Assembly: GCA_905331295.1 (NCBI GenBank)
Contig: CAJNYD010000039.1
Location: forward strand, 62,062 to 126,000
Reading direction: 5' to 3'
Length of the DNA: 63,939 bases
Origin: Rotaria socialis
Lineage: Eukaryota
Shown here: positions 1-13,596 of the stretch, in pieces
Layout of the letters: each line of letters opens with the position of its first letter
Numbering within the stretch: the stretch's first letter is position 1
Made by a program: the position numbers and the translations under genes
Notes under the pieces: model-generated
Databases searched by the model: none
What the model was told of the DNA's origin: nothing
The model's input: the letters and a program-made list of their open reading frames with translations, nothing else

Positions 1-407
1 GCATAAGAAAAAAATTGTATGCAAAAAGTGGTAGTTTTGAGTTCCAATCACTTTCCAGATCGAATATTTTTCTCCTGGCTATAATTTCGCAAGTCGAAAT
101 TATATCTAGTGTTTTTAATCACGATATTAATGAAATTCTCTCTCCCATGCGCGTCGCTTTCTTGAGATTCTTGAACAAGAAAGTGATGAGCTATGGACAA
201 ATCTTGATGTCTGGACAGGTCAAGCATATGAAAACAAAAGTTCGCCTAGGAAATACTTTTCCTCAATAGTTTAATGCAGCTTTTCTAGTCATATGATAAA
301 GCAGCGGAGCCTTATCACTGAGCTCTATGAGATTTTCGGAACTAGAGTGAAGATCATAGAGGTTAAATACGAATTTCTGGAATGTCATTCGTTATTATAA
401 AAGTTCT

Positions 408-477
408 GAGAATCCATGGGATTCCGGGAATCTCGGGAATCCCGGGAATCTTGGGAATCTTGGGAATCCGGAATCCG
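408..477. repeat. Short ~9-bp tandem repeat (GGGAATCYY), probably a MITE end
   Basis: Repeated gggaatctc/gggaatccc/gggaatctt units. Confidence 0.6.
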
Positions 478-1583
478 CCGTTTCCCCCTTGCAGAGAATA
501 CTCTCAAGCATCGTTGTCTGCCAGAAGAGTTGTACACGATAAATAAATATTCTTAGCTCGAAGAGATTAGCAATAATGTGATATTACCCTCGGCCATTCG
601 TATTGGAAAAATAACTTGAGAGTTCTGATAACGAAGGAAATCTAGAATATGAAAAACTTCTTATTGTTCTCGAATTAACTCTATTAACTGTATCGCCGTC
701 ATTTGATATATGAAATATACGGCTTCAATTGAAAAAATATAAAGAAAGTGCTCTTTTTTGTCGAAGCATTAAATAGAAGACACCCAGTGATGCATGTATC
801 GAAACAACACTGATGATGAGAGAGTTACGACAGTATTTATATTTTCATTTTAAACTTATTTTGTTTCATCTTCTCGAAATCACTGTTTCTTTGTTACATG
901 TTGCCTAGACGACTCCTAAACAAATTCATAGAAAGAATTCATTCAACGTTATGAAAGAGCATTTTTTCAGAGAAAAATGAAGAGAAACGATGCAATTTGA
1001 AATTATTGACTAAAGAAAAGCTGTTAATTTCGCAGAAACCTGTAGGGGATTTTAATCAATATGGCTTTGTTTGCTGTCGAAACACAGGGAGTAAAAATAT
1101 TGTGCAAACTTGCTTGCTGTTTGCTATTGCTGTTGGATGAAATCATGGTGAGTATATTTTAAAAGGAAACCTTCGTTGATGATCACAAGCCGATACTTTG
1201 CATACGTATACGTAAGTACGATTCCTAATAGAAGTCTTGTTAGGTCTTGTTGAAAACTGTTCTTTAAAATTATAGTTATAAAGTTCATCATCGTTTCTTT
1301 CGATAGCTCTTTCATGTTGAATTAAATTTGATTTCGTTTTACTTGAACCACTGATATCTACATTTCAAATATAACGTAAGTTTGATTGGATTTAAAACAA
1401 TGCAAGCTTCGCAATCGAATTCATCAACTCTTTGAAATACGAACAATCGAATATATCTCAACAACATGACACAAACTAATTCGTTTCTTGACAATCGATA
1501 CTTATACAAGAAGAAGCGTTAATCTTGCATTCGACTAAATATGTTTTTTTTATCGTTTTAGATTTTTATTAAACTAAGAAAAC

Positions 1584-2383
1584 ATGATTAATCCGGAAAA
1601 TCAACGGCGAGAATTGTGGAGACAGAAGTTTCCAACTATAATTGCTGTTTTATTGTCGATCTTTCAAATGCTTCTCACTTTGGGCATTGTTGGTTGTGAA
1701 GTTGGAATTAGTCTAGTTCAGTTTCCACGGATGGACATTTTCGTAGGATATTGGACGTTTCCAAATTTTATGTGTGCATGGATATCACTCGCAGCCGCAG
1801 GTTTGCATCCATATTCATTTTGTTAAAATTAATTTATTTGCTTTTTTCTTAATCTTTACTAGGTTGTTGTTGTCGAATACGTTGCTGTGGAATAACAGCA
1901 CTCGTCTTTCAGATTCTTGCTCTCCCTTTGGCTGTGTGTGTCATCGGTTTTGATGCATATTTCTTGAACCATCCAACTTATTGCTTTTTCTCGTCTGATT
2001 GCAACTCGTGGTACTCATCCTCTTCTAGCAACTATGATCCCTATGGTTTATCAAATAACTCAACCTTGTATGGAATCAAAGTTCCAATTGTTCAAGGTCA
2101 ATTGGCTGCCGGTGTTTTAATGTTGGTTGCCTGTGTGATCTACATTATTGTGTATGCAGTGACAAGCTATCGAGTACGGAAAGGTATTCGTGCCCAAAAT
2201 GGCTCTCCTGTATCCGTCAGCCGCGCTCCTCAAACTATTCCATATGCTACCCCTTATAATAATCCGACCTTTGAAAGATCTTTCGTCGAAGATAGTGCGA
2301 TAACATCTACAGTAAATCCAACTGTTCCGAAGAATCAACTCATCTGTCCTAACTGTCGATCCAGATTTAAAGTGACTGTATAA
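1584..2383 (+). CDS. Four-TM membrane protein of unknown family (MS4A/tetraspan-like topology) with C-terminal CxxC; exons 1584-1800, 1863-2383
   Basis: A 62-bp GT-AG intron joins two ORFs in frame (AAAG|CCCRIRCCG); four hydrophobic segments; ends ICPNCRSRF. Confidence 0.75.
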
Positions 2384-2553
2384 GATCATCAGTACCATGG
2401 ATAATCCCAATTTAACACTTGCGCTTTTCTCTTATATTTTTTGTATGCGTGTTGATTGTATTTTCTGAAGAAACAAAAAACCGTAGTTAGAAAAATTTCC
2501 CCAAAAAACCCGTTTTACTGAAAAACCTTTCCGACAAAAAATAAAAGATAAAA

Positions 2554-2762
2554 CAGCTCAGCAGTATCACATATGCAAGATTTAGAGAAGTGCTCGCTTC
2601 TCTCACAGGAGATGCGGTGGTTTGCTGTTGGATGTGTGTCAGGTCATTGAGAGATGTGCATCCCTCACACTGGATGCTGCAGCTCCCCCGCTGAAAATGC
2701 AGCATCTCCCGGCAGAGATGTGAGCACTTCTCCAAAATCTTGGATGTGACACTGCTGGGTTG
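2554..2762. mobile_element. Palindromic MITE with ~50-bp imperfect TIRs
   Basis: cagctcagcagtatcacat...gagaagtgctc matches the reverse complement of gagcacttctcc...atgtgacactgctgggttg; GC-rich relative to flanks. Confidence 0.6.
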
Positions 2763-2920
2763 CCCTAACAATCATGTGTTTCAAACATCAACAATAATAT
2801 ATTTTAAACTGAATCATTTACAATCTAATCTTCTCTTATCACACGCCTCGTTGTTGATTCTTAAAGGTATTAATTTTACTGATAAACCGTGTTCTAGCCT
2901 ATTCATTTCGAGCAAATAGA

Positions 2921-5900
2921 ATGTTTGATAGGAGAGCTAGTCGTGCACATTTTCACAAAACTTATCTCTCAAGAAGCATGTTATGTTTGCTGTTATTTCT
3001 TTTTATAATCCCATCTATTCAATCAAGCGCATGGCCATCATTTTCGTATGATCATGTGATTTTACGTTTATCGACGCGCATAGAACCGGAATCGTGCAAT
3101 AGTACATGTAGTGCGTCTTGTCAAGATTGTATTAATCACCAGTGCCAAACTAGTAATAACTCATGCTATATTGGAAATCATTGTTACAAAGTCAATGAAT
3201 TGTATTCTAATTATAGTTTATCATGTTTACAGTGCTTACCAAACAAAAACCAAGCCCAATGGAGTTTCAACCCTGAGTGTTCGGCTGGTCCGCTCTGTCA
3301 GAACCCACAGTTTATAAAAATAAATCTTTGCGATAATGATACCATTACCAGTTTTTATACGGATCCTACATTGGCGGTCTCCAGTAGCTATAACTTCGAA
3401 AAATGTGGACAGAATAGCGAAGCCTGTCAAGCAGGGTTCTTCTCAGCGCAAAACTTAACACAAAATCTACGTAATCATTATGCATGCTGCCCTGGTTATT
3501 TTTGTCCCGAAGGACAACTCTGCTTGATACCATGTCGACCTGGTTCATATTGTCCGAGCGAATTGAAGGCAATCGATGGAACATGTAAAAGTCCAGCACC
3601 ATGCCAAAAGAATCCAAGCAAAACTTATGAGCGTTACGGATGCGGTGGCTCGACATTTGAAGGATTTTGTCCACCAGGATCATTTTGCACGACACCACGT
3701 GAGACTGAGTTATGTTCAGACAATACAATTTACTGTCCGACTGGTGTCGAAAAACCATTGGCTTGTCCATCACACTTCGTTTGTTTAGATGGAAGAGCAC
3801 GGCGGCAACGTCTTTTAACAAATGTGGTTATTGCTGTTGTCGTCATTATCATCATTTTTGTTTCGGGAATTGAAATTTTTCAATGGCTTGCCTTGAAGAA
3901 AAATCTTTGGGGACAAAAGACTTTTGATGATCGTTCGGAAGTGAGCGACTATTTCATGGAACGATCGAAATCGAAATCAAAGCCGACTTTCCAGTTGAAT
4001 ATTCATCTTTATAAAGCTCGACTACGAAATGTTACGCGATTCGATATGAAACGAAATGAAGGTTTTACAGGTCGCATAACTGCTGGACGATTAACAGCAT
4101 TAATGGGTGGATCTGGTTGTGGTAAAAGTAGTCTATTGGATACAATTCATGGTCGTCGAAGATTGCATGCAAACGGCTACATTAAATTTGGTGAACATGA
4201 ACCATTAAGCAATATACTCACGGATTATATTGGGTATGTGCCACAAGCAGATATTATGCACGAGGATCTGACCGTGTTCGAAACAGTTTATTATTCTGCA
4301 AGAGCACGACGACTTGGCGATTCTCAGACCATTATCAAGAATGATGTTGGTTTTGTTTTGAAAAAATTGCAACTCGAATTTGTTCGCAATAACATGACAA
4401 AAACTCTATCCGGAGGTAAATAAATTCGAAATTTGCTTGATTTTTTCTAAGAACCAGGTCAAAAATAAAATAGCAAAACATTCAGAAAGAAAATTGCTCT
4501 CAAAAGATGAACTGTTGAATTCCATAATAATAATTATTTCTATCGATTGATTGTTCTTATTCTAATTTATTTAGGACAAAGAAAGCGAGTTAATATCGCC
4601 ATGGAAATTGCTGCATGTCCAAAAGTTCTTCTTCTAGATGAGCCAACATCAGGCTTGGATACATTTTCTTGTGATCATCTTTTTGATTTATTACAATTAA
4701 TTAAATATAGTGCAGCTGGACCAGTAACTATAATAATGGTTATTCATCAGCCTAGTCAAGAACTTTTTCTGAAAATCGACGATATCTTCTTTTTAACTGC
4801 GCATTGTTGTTTGGCTTATCAAGGTCCACGAGATGAAGCAAAAGAATTTCTAGCGAAGAAATTTTTTGATGATCCAACTAAAGCTCCACCTCCTCGGCAC
4901 AACGATTGTGATACATGTTTCATTATGTTAACGAAAGCTCCAGATTATATCGAAAATCATAAAATAGAACATGAAATAAATAATCAACCACTCAACACCT
5001 ATTCATGGAAGCAAAGATTCTTTTTACCATTTCTTTACATTCTCCTACGTTCAATGAAACAAACTTATGTACGGGGTGTCACCGCTGAAGCATCTTATAC
5101 GCTTGCTTATTTTTTGCTGGGCGCATGTGTCGGTTATTTATTTGAGAATAAATTACAAGGCGAATGCGATATTCAAGTGTTGCCAACAATTTACTTTTTG
5201 ATGAGTCTTTCATTTGGCATTCTAACATGCATATCAAGTCAACGTCTGTTTGGAGTCGAAACAACAAATAAAACATTTGAACGAGAAAGCCGAAATTATT
5301 TTCATCCATTTCAATATTGGTTGGCAAAGAGTTTAGTTGATATATTTCGAATGATATTCTATCCATTACTTTATCTTAGTATGCTCTATATTGAAGTTGT
5401 ACCGCGTGGTCCCTTTTCCTATTACCTTGGCATTATGATACTTGTTTCATTTGTTTGTTCTGGTATTGGTCAACTAACTTCTGTAATCTTTAGCAGAACT
5501 GAATATGCATATTTGGCTGGTACCATAGTTGCTCTTCTATCTTGTTTATTGTCGGGTTTCAGTCCGATAAAGGCCGATCTTGGCCAAGGAAAATTCATTG
5601 TCACTCTTTCTTTTTCAAGGCACGCGCAACGCTTACTATTTCGTCATGAAACATCATTTTACGCTAAAGCATTCAATGGTACTCGAGATCATATATGGTT
5701 TAGTCAAATCTCTGCTCTTGAACACCATTTTTCATTCAACGATAATGAGGATCCAAATTTTTGGCTCGTTTTCATTGGATTCGTTTTACGTTTCATTACT
5801 TTTTTATTTCTATATGCTAAATCGGAATATCGTTCAAAAGCTCGATTTCGTGTCACTCATATTGGTCCAATGCTTCAAAGTTTATTTCGTGGTGAGCCTT

Positions 5901-5941
5901 GTCGGAAGAAGGCTTCCAAATCGCATGTCTATCAGTTGTGA
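2921..5941 (+). CDS. ABCG (White-like) half transporter with N-terminal signal peptide and Cys-rich ectodomain; exons 2921-4415, 4575-5941
   Basis: Walker A GGSGCGKSS, Q-loop YVPQ, signature LSGG|QRKRV rebuilt across intron 4416-4574, Walker B LLLDEPTSGLD, H-loop IHQP, C-terminal multi-pass TMD; repeated CPPGxFC-type motifs upstream. Confidence 0.92.
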
Positions 5942-6707
5942 TATTTATATTCACCAAGACATGTTTGTCTTACTTCTTTTTTGACGATTTCTTGACACCA
6001 CTACTCGAGCGAATTGACAATTTAATTAGATATCAACTATAATTTTTTTATTTTCCTGTTATATACGTATAAAGCAGTATCAACTGATTGATGTTATTCA
6101 CTTGAGAACTTATATGAAAGTTCCTCTGAGCTATTTTTAATATCATTCTGTTTTCTCGAACTTTCTTGATTCAGAATTAAAATAAACTGTTTATCAATCA
6201 ATAATAATTTAGTAGAAATCTATCACAATCAAAGCAAAAATTGACTTCCAACAAATCGAACAAAATATTTGTGTTTTGCCATTAACTGTAATTGCGATTT
6301 TGACCTTGCTCAAAGGTCTTATTAAGCGGTTTGGTGGAATCAGGTATGTACTGTGTTCTAATGATCCAGAGATCATAATTAAGACGCGTCTTTACAATTG
6401 ATCTATTTATTTTCAAGATTTTACTGAAACTACGAAGATGATCAGAGAGTAGATAAATCTCATTTTATGTAAAAAATAGTGTGACTAAGTCACCACGTAT
6501 GTCTAAATGGTATGAGAGATAAATGATAGTTAAATCAACAAGAAAACTTCATTTTATCTGAATTAGGGTCGGATGATATTGGAGTTCTATTATACCGTGA
6601 TTAGACTTATTTTTTTGCTATTATTCTATGTTGATTTCTAATTTCAGTAGATATTCAGTGACATAACTATGAACTTAAAATGACTTTGCCTAGTTCCAAA
6701 TAAATCA

Positions 6708-7129
6708 ATGTCGAAGTAAGAACATTTTTTACAAAATATATTTAACTGTTCTATTCATTGGTTTAGAAAAATTGTTTACGTGTTGATACAATTTCAACAA
6801 ATATCAAAGACTACGCAAGAAAAGATGAGTATGTTTTTTTGAAATTCAAGCGAATCCTTTAAAAAAAAGTATTCCTATTTTTTTAGAAACCTTGTGCATC
6901 TTATACAATGTTAGTTGCACATTTCAAGCTTTATATTATGCCACAGAGTAATCCGCAACCTGCTGCTCAAGCTCAAGCATCAAATAGTAATACTGGTAAA
7001 ATTCAATTTAATATAAAGATTTAATCAAATTTATTTTTTAATTTTAGGTGATGAAGATGTTGATAATTTTGAAAACCATGTGAGTATTTTTTGCGATTAA
7101 ACTTAGCGAATATTGTTTTTTTCTAGTAA
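6708..7129 (+). other. Possible small multi-exon gene
   Basis: Four intron-like ~50-60 bp GT..TAG segments spaced by short exon-like pieces; reading frame not resolved. Confidence 0.3.
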
Positions 7130-7764
7130 TCCAACTGCTAAAACATGTGCATTCTGAAACTTGTCCTCATTTTTTTAAACTTCATTTCTGCTATACTTAT
7201 CTATTACATGTCCAACATTTTTTCCTGTGTTAACTGATTGTTCTCCATTGTTTGTCCAGCATTTTTTGTGCGTCATTTTTTTTCTCTTTGGCTTATTCAT
7301 AGGAAAGAAGTATTTTCAAAGTGCAATCTCTTTTTTTGTTATCATATAGTCATTAGAAGAAAGATTCATGAATAAAAAGTGCAAATGCTGTCGATGAAAT
7401 AATAGATAACACTTATCGAGACATCGGAATCACATGACCATCATTCAATGATCAGAATAGTTTATTATAATTTGACAACTACATTTCAGTATCATTTTTC
7501 GTTATAACTACATCAATATTCTAATGTTTTCTGCTATATAAAGAATAATTTAATGTTGACTATCCAGAATTAGATTTTTCCCAAAGAATTGATTTGGTGG
7601 TTGCTATGAAACGAAATAGTAAAGACTCATTGATACATGACATTATGATCTTGATAAGAACACCAGTTGATAGATCCCCAAACGAACGTTGATTTACTTC
7701 TAACGTATGTAGAGATACGTCAAGTTTGACTTAGTAAAAAAAACTGAAATGATGAATTTTATCA

Positions 7765-8165
7765 TACAGTAACATGGGTAGGATGTATACGAAGATGGGC
7801 GAGTAGCTAAAAGCGTTTTCTTTTCAAGAAAAGGCATTTGAAATCATTCAAAAAATGTCCTGTTCAAATCATCCGTACATAGCTGTTTTCTATAACAACA
7901 TTGGATAATATATACATCTCGATGGGAAATTATTCGAAAGCAGTTTCATTTCTCAACAAGAGCTTAGAAATACTTGTAGAAAGCTTCCTTCTTTGAATGC
8001 TTATCGCACTAACATCGGTAAAGCCTATGTATGAGCATTTGAGATCAATCAAAAGCTACTTCCTTCAAGTCTTTCCGATTTAAATAACTTCCACAAAACT
8101 GTTGGGTCTTTCAATGTCTTGATGGGTAATTATGAAAAAGCGCTTCCGTTGGTCAACAGCCTAGC
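7765..8165 (+). pseudogene. Degenerate TPR (kinesin-light-chain-like) repeat fragment
   Basis: Translates NMGRMYTKMGE*LKAFSFQEKAFEI..SNHPYIAVFYNNIG* with stops and frameshifts. Confidence 0.7.
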
Positions 8166-8644
8166 ATAAATGTTTTTGAACTGAAAGGAGCTACATTGAA
8201 ACAATTCGGACTAAACTTCTAATTATTCTATCAGATTTTTGAATATTTACTTTGTTAGGTAAAACAAAAGGATGCAAGCAAAAAAGGAATTTTTATATAC
8301 CGGAAGTCAAAACTTTCTATCAACGTAAAGACATGTACAGTATTTGTTCTACCAAAAAGAGAGACTATCGAAACTTGTTCTTTTGGGATTTATTTTTCTA
8401 CAAGATTTATTAATTTATTGACGATTCACTAGGATTTAGTAACTGCGTGAATATCTCAGCACACTCACGCTGCTGGTATGGGTGTGTTAACTCTGAAAAT
8501 GTTCTTACTCATAAATTCTATTCAGACACATAGATGTGTATTTTTTCTCTACTAAATATTATGTTTAGATTAATTTGTTATTAGAGAAAAAGCAGGTCTA
8601 AAGATTTTTATCTTCTCGTAAAACACGAATTCGATCTCATGTAA

Positions 8645-8758
8645 AATAAATGTGGAAACTTCGGATTTCATCCGAGAGTTATGTGTAAATTACTGCAAAA
8701 ATGCATGGGACATATGAGTCATTCTAGAATGTCTGAACACCAAAATTATCATGAGAAA
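8645..8758 (-). repeat. Dispersed repeat fragment, inverted copy of 35802-35912
   Basis: tgtggaaacttcggatttcatccgagagttatgtg...attatcatgagaaa is the reverse complement of sequence at 35.8-35.9 kb. Confidence 0.75.
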
Positions 8759-9181
8759 TTCAACCAATGTTCCAGTCAATACTGATTGAATTATTCAGTG
8801 TTCTCAGTGTGCTCGGTGTCGGTGGCACCGATAGCAGTGTAGTCGGTGCAAGTCAGTGCTCCACTGGACAGTTTCGGTGTAGTCGATGGCCAGTTTTTCA
8901 GTATTTACACTGACGCTGCACATCCCTATCCTCAACAATTACTGGAAAGAACGAGAAAAATAGAAGAAAATGAGCATCCTTGGATCCTTTAGGCGTGGAT
9001 GTGGTTCGTCATGTTCTATTTCTCGAATAGCAGTCAGTCTAATTGAGTACTGTTGAAAGATGATAAAACGTACTCTGCGTTTTGATATCTGCATAATGTT
9101 TACCTTTCTCTTTGATGATTATTTTCAAGCTTTTAAAACACTATTTCTTAACATGCAAGCGCTTTTATAGTAGGGAGTGAG

Positions 9182-9593
9182 CAGGGGTGCTCCGACTGGG
9201 GGAGGCACCGGGCCCCCCCCCCCCCNNNNNNNNNNGGGGGGCCCGTTTGGGGGTGGCACCCCCCCCCCCCCCTCCCAATGTTCGAAAAATTGTCTTGCAT
9301 TGTATCTTACAAAATAAAACTGATATTATCTTAAGCGTGATTTTATAAGTTATTTTCAGTATTGTCAGATGTTGAACTCGAAAATCCAGAATTCAAATTT
9401 CAAAGTCCTCAAAAAATCAAAAAAAAACTCGTGACAAATCCAGAAAAAATTCAAAAAAATTGAGAAAATGCAGAAGTCTTCAAAATTGTGGAAGATTTAG
9501 CAACACTGCTTATTCTCCTTCAACATTTTTGGAAACTAGGATTTGATAAGCTACCACCCCCTCCCCAATTTTCGCTTTCTCGCGACACCCTTG
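9182..9593. mobile_element. GC-rich MITE-like element spanning a 10-N gap
   Basis: Ends CAGGGGTG...CACCCTTG, poly-C/G tracts; no clear TSD. Confidence 0.4.
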
Positions 9594-9987
9594 AGGCTAG
9601 CATTTTGGAGGAGAAAATTTTTACAGTCCTCACAGTTGGAATGGTCGGGATACCCTGGGACCCAATCAGACAAGTAACGAAAAAATCGACGTTTCTGCGC
9701 GTTAAAAGGGCGCATTTTCGTGCATTAAAACGATTTCAGAAACCCGTTCTAACGCGTAGAAATAGAAACGTCAATTTTTTTGCTAATAAATGATGACGAT
9801 GCTAGCTACTAGTCTACATGGAAGTAGGCAAAATTATACTTGATCAACAGCTAACGACAACTATTGGGAATTTTAACATATATGATTGCACAAGACGGTA
9901 TAGTGTGGACGAATGGATTTCGATTTCGTTTGCTTCCCACGACTTGTTCCGTTTTTTCTTTATTTTGACCTTGTCGTGCTAATTTTA

Positions 9988-10519
9988 ATGTTCATTTTTT
10001 GTGTACTAACAGCTATCCTATGGGGTATAACCAATTGGTTTTTGAAACAAGGTTCAACAGGTTTGCAACAAATAAAGTATGATAATCGAATAAAACAATT
10101 TGGTGCTGAAATCTGGTATTTTTTCACAAATCCACATGTATAAGAAAAATATTTTCCGATAGCATAATAACTATCTATTGATTTTATATAGTATTGGATT
10201 CCATTTTTACTTAATCAATGTGGTTCTGTTCTCTATTATTATAGTCTTTCAAAAACCGGTAAGGATAGTTATATGTAACACATTTCTTTTGATTTCTTTT
10301 TATGTTAGATTTCTCAACTGCCGTACCTGTGACGAATGCTTTGACACTAGTTATAACTTATTTATGTGATGTCATTTCACATCCACAATTATTAAACTCC
10401 AGTAAGAATTTTCACTTCTATATTTGAACTATTCTCAATAATTGATTTTAGGATTTGTGATGGGTATGTTCTGTGTTACAAGTGGGGTGGCTCTTTGTGT
10501 TTTATCCAAACCTCATTGA
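9988..10519 (+). CDS. TMEM234: Transmembrane protein 234 homolog (4 exons; alternative start 9913)
   Basis: LWGITNWFLKQGSTG and YWIPFLLNQCGSVLYYYSL motifs, AVPVTNALT; short GT-AG introns. Confidence 0.85.
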
Positions 10520-10629
10520 TTTTTTTGTCTATATGTGATTCATGTATAAATATCATTGTTTCATCTTTTTCTTATTAATGTTTCAAACAATTGTCAGGAT
10601 ATACAAAACATAATATTTTGTAGATCACC

Positions 10630-12348
10630 ATGTTCAATAGTATTAGTCATCGTACATTTTCCATCATTCGCCAGTGTGTGAAACCAGCATTCGCTGTGCA
10701 AATTCAGAATGCATCGACAAGTGAGGCTCAAGTTATTGTTTTTTCTTTTGATACTATTCTAAATTTATCAATATAGAAGTGCGATTTAATTATGAGGATC
10801 CATTTGATCTTGAATCTCAATTAAAAGATGATGAACGAATGATTCGTGATCAATTTCGTGGTTATTGTCAAGAAAAATTAATGCCAAGAATTATCCAAGC
10901 AAATAGAAAAGAAAGTATGCGCGTACTCGTTTGTCTTGATATTCTCTATTTGATTGATTGTTTTAGTTTTTCACACGGAAATTATGCGTGAATTAGGTGA
11001 TCTCGGTGTTCTTGGTCCAACTATTCAAGGTTTGCAATAGGATTATTATAATAATTTTGTTATCGAATAAAAATAAATGATAGGTTATGGTTGTGCTGGT
11101 ATTTCCTATGTTGCCTATGGCCTATTAGCACGAGAAATCGAACGGTACAACGAGAAATATCTATACTCTAAAATAACATCAATTGTTTTTTTTTTTTAAT
11201 AGGATCGATAGTGGTTACCGTTCGGCGTTTAGTGTTCAATCATCTCTTGTTATGTTTCCGATCAGTGAATTTGGAACAGAAGAACAAAAGCAAAAATACT
11301 TACCAAAGCTCGCAACTGGTGAATTGATTGGTTGTTTTGGTCTTACTGAACCAAATCATGGATCAGATCCAGGTTCAATGGAAACACAAGCACATTGGGA
11401 CGAAAAAAAACAAGTCTATGTATTAAATGGCACTAAATCATGGTACGCTTTTCTTTGTTATACGAATCTATCGTTTCGAATAAATTCAACATTTTTTAAA
11501 GGATTACTAATTCTCCTATTGCGGATGTTGCCGTTGTATGGGCTAAATGTGATGATAAAGAAATTCGAGGATTTATTTTAGAACGATCTATGAAAGGTTT
11601 TTCAACGCCAAAAATTGAAGGAAAATTTTCATTACGTGCTTCGATTACTGGACAAATTGCTATGGATGATATTCAAGTACCCAAAGAAAATTTATTACCA
11701 AAAGTGAAAGGCTTAAAAGTAGGAAACTCTATGGTCCAGTACCAGTATTTTATTCATATTTTATCTCTAGGGTCCATTCAGTTGTTTAAATAATGCACGA
11801 TTCGGCATTGCATGGGGAACATTGGGTGCTGCTGAATTTTGTCTTAGTGTTGCTCGTCAATATACGATTGATCGGTGAGTCTAGTAAACGAAAGATAAGT
11901 GTTCATGTTCAGTTTTTATAATGAAATAGAAAACAATTTGGTCGACCATTAGCACAAACTCAATTGATTCAAAAGAAATTTGCTGATATGTTAACTGAAA
12001 TTACTCTTGGTCTTCAAGCATGTTTACGTGTCGGTCGATTGAAAGACGACAATAAGTTTGAATGAAAACTATTCAGTCGAATATATATTTTTTGTTTTGT
12101 CTTCTAGAGCAACACCTGAAATAATATCATTAATAAAACGAAATTCATGTGGCAAATCACTTGACATAGCACGTCAATGTCGAGATATTCTTGGTGGTAA
12201 TGGAATTTCAGATGAATATCATATTATTCGACATATGATGAATTTGGAAGCTGTTAACACATATGAAGGAACTCATGATATTCATGCACTCATACTCGGT
12301 CGAGCTATCACTGGTTTACCAGCTTTCAGTTCATCAACAGCCCAATAA
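10630..12348 (+). CDS. GCDH: Mitochondrial glutaryl-CoA dehydrogenase (9 exons)
   Basis: Transit-like N-terminus; [81 protein letters not shown]. Confidence 0.96.
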
Positions 12349-12756
12349 ATTCCGCCAATGAGCGAGTGTGTGTGGTAGAAAAAAAGCATGTCATCAGTAC
12401 TTTTTTAGACTTTTCCTTTTGCTTGAAGTAAATATTTTATTTTCTAAATGCATGAATGGACATACGTATTTATAAAATGCATTCATATATAAAAAAAACA
12501 CAAGATTTAATGATGGGTGGAATCGATGACAAGCTGTTGTATTCGAATTTTTTCTATGATCAAAATCAATGTAGTATTGACAGTTATAAACTAATAGTTG
12601 CATTGAATCACGTATCTTAAGATTTTTTTTCCTAATAAATACTAGAATTTTCTATAAGATAACTAAACGAATCATTCTTTTCTCATAATCGAATTTATCA
12701 CGTGCACTTATGTTGCATAAATCTATCTATTGATATTGATCAGTGTTCAGAATCTC

Positions 12757-13596
12757 ATGGATTCGCCAGTTGTACCCATTTATTATTGGAGCTATTGGGC
12801 AACTGTAATTTATATTGCTGGTATGTTTGGATATTTAGCAATTGATACATCTAATTATCTATTCGAAATTTTTAATGATTCTCTTTCGTATTTTGTCTAT
12901 GCTTTTCTTGCTATTTTATTCGTTGTCGATGCTGCTTTATATACAATTGACTGGTATATTTATGCTGTAAGATCACGCAACGATAAAAATGAACCGATAC
13001 AATATCAAGCTGAATTAGTTGCATGTATTTTTCAAAATCTCGGCAGTTATTGTTATTTAATCAGTGCTCTTTTAACTTTTAATAAAAGTCAATATATGGG
13101 TAAAATTTTATTATTTAATCTTATTGGCATATTTGCTTATCTAATTGAATCTGGTTTTATATTTCTCGAATGGGGTATTTCAGGTCGAAGAAAACCTTCG
13201 ACGAATCCTAAACGTGGTTGTGTTTCTCAAGTAATAATTAAATAGAGTAGAAAAAAAAATAGGATAGCCTTGTCATCTATTTTGTTTTAGGATGTTTACA
13301 TGTGGGCACATATATTGTATACTGTTGCTAATTTAATTTATTTATGTGCAACAACATTGGCCTATCGTTTTTATGTAAACTTAAATGATGTCAATGTGCG
13401 CGGTGTAGTTATATTACAAATACTAGGTGATCTTGTTTATTTATGTGATGCCTGTCTTTATTATGAAGGCTGGCTAGAAGATAAACAAGAATATGATAGA
13501 AATACAGAAAGACAGAAATTAACTGTACTTAATTTTATCAATCAGTTAACAACAGAAAACTTTAATGTGGATTTACACACTAAGGATAATAAATAA
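12757..13596 (+). CDS. Multi-pass membrane protein of unknown function; exons 12757-13230, 13291-13596
   Basis: 60-bp phase-0 GT-AG intron joins two ORFs; ~6 hydrophobic helices. Confidence 0.75.

Noticed and set aside
9988..10519. TMEM234 as a LicB-like partner of the LicD genes
   Set aside because: Conserved housekeeping gene more than 10 kb away; no LicA or LicC seen
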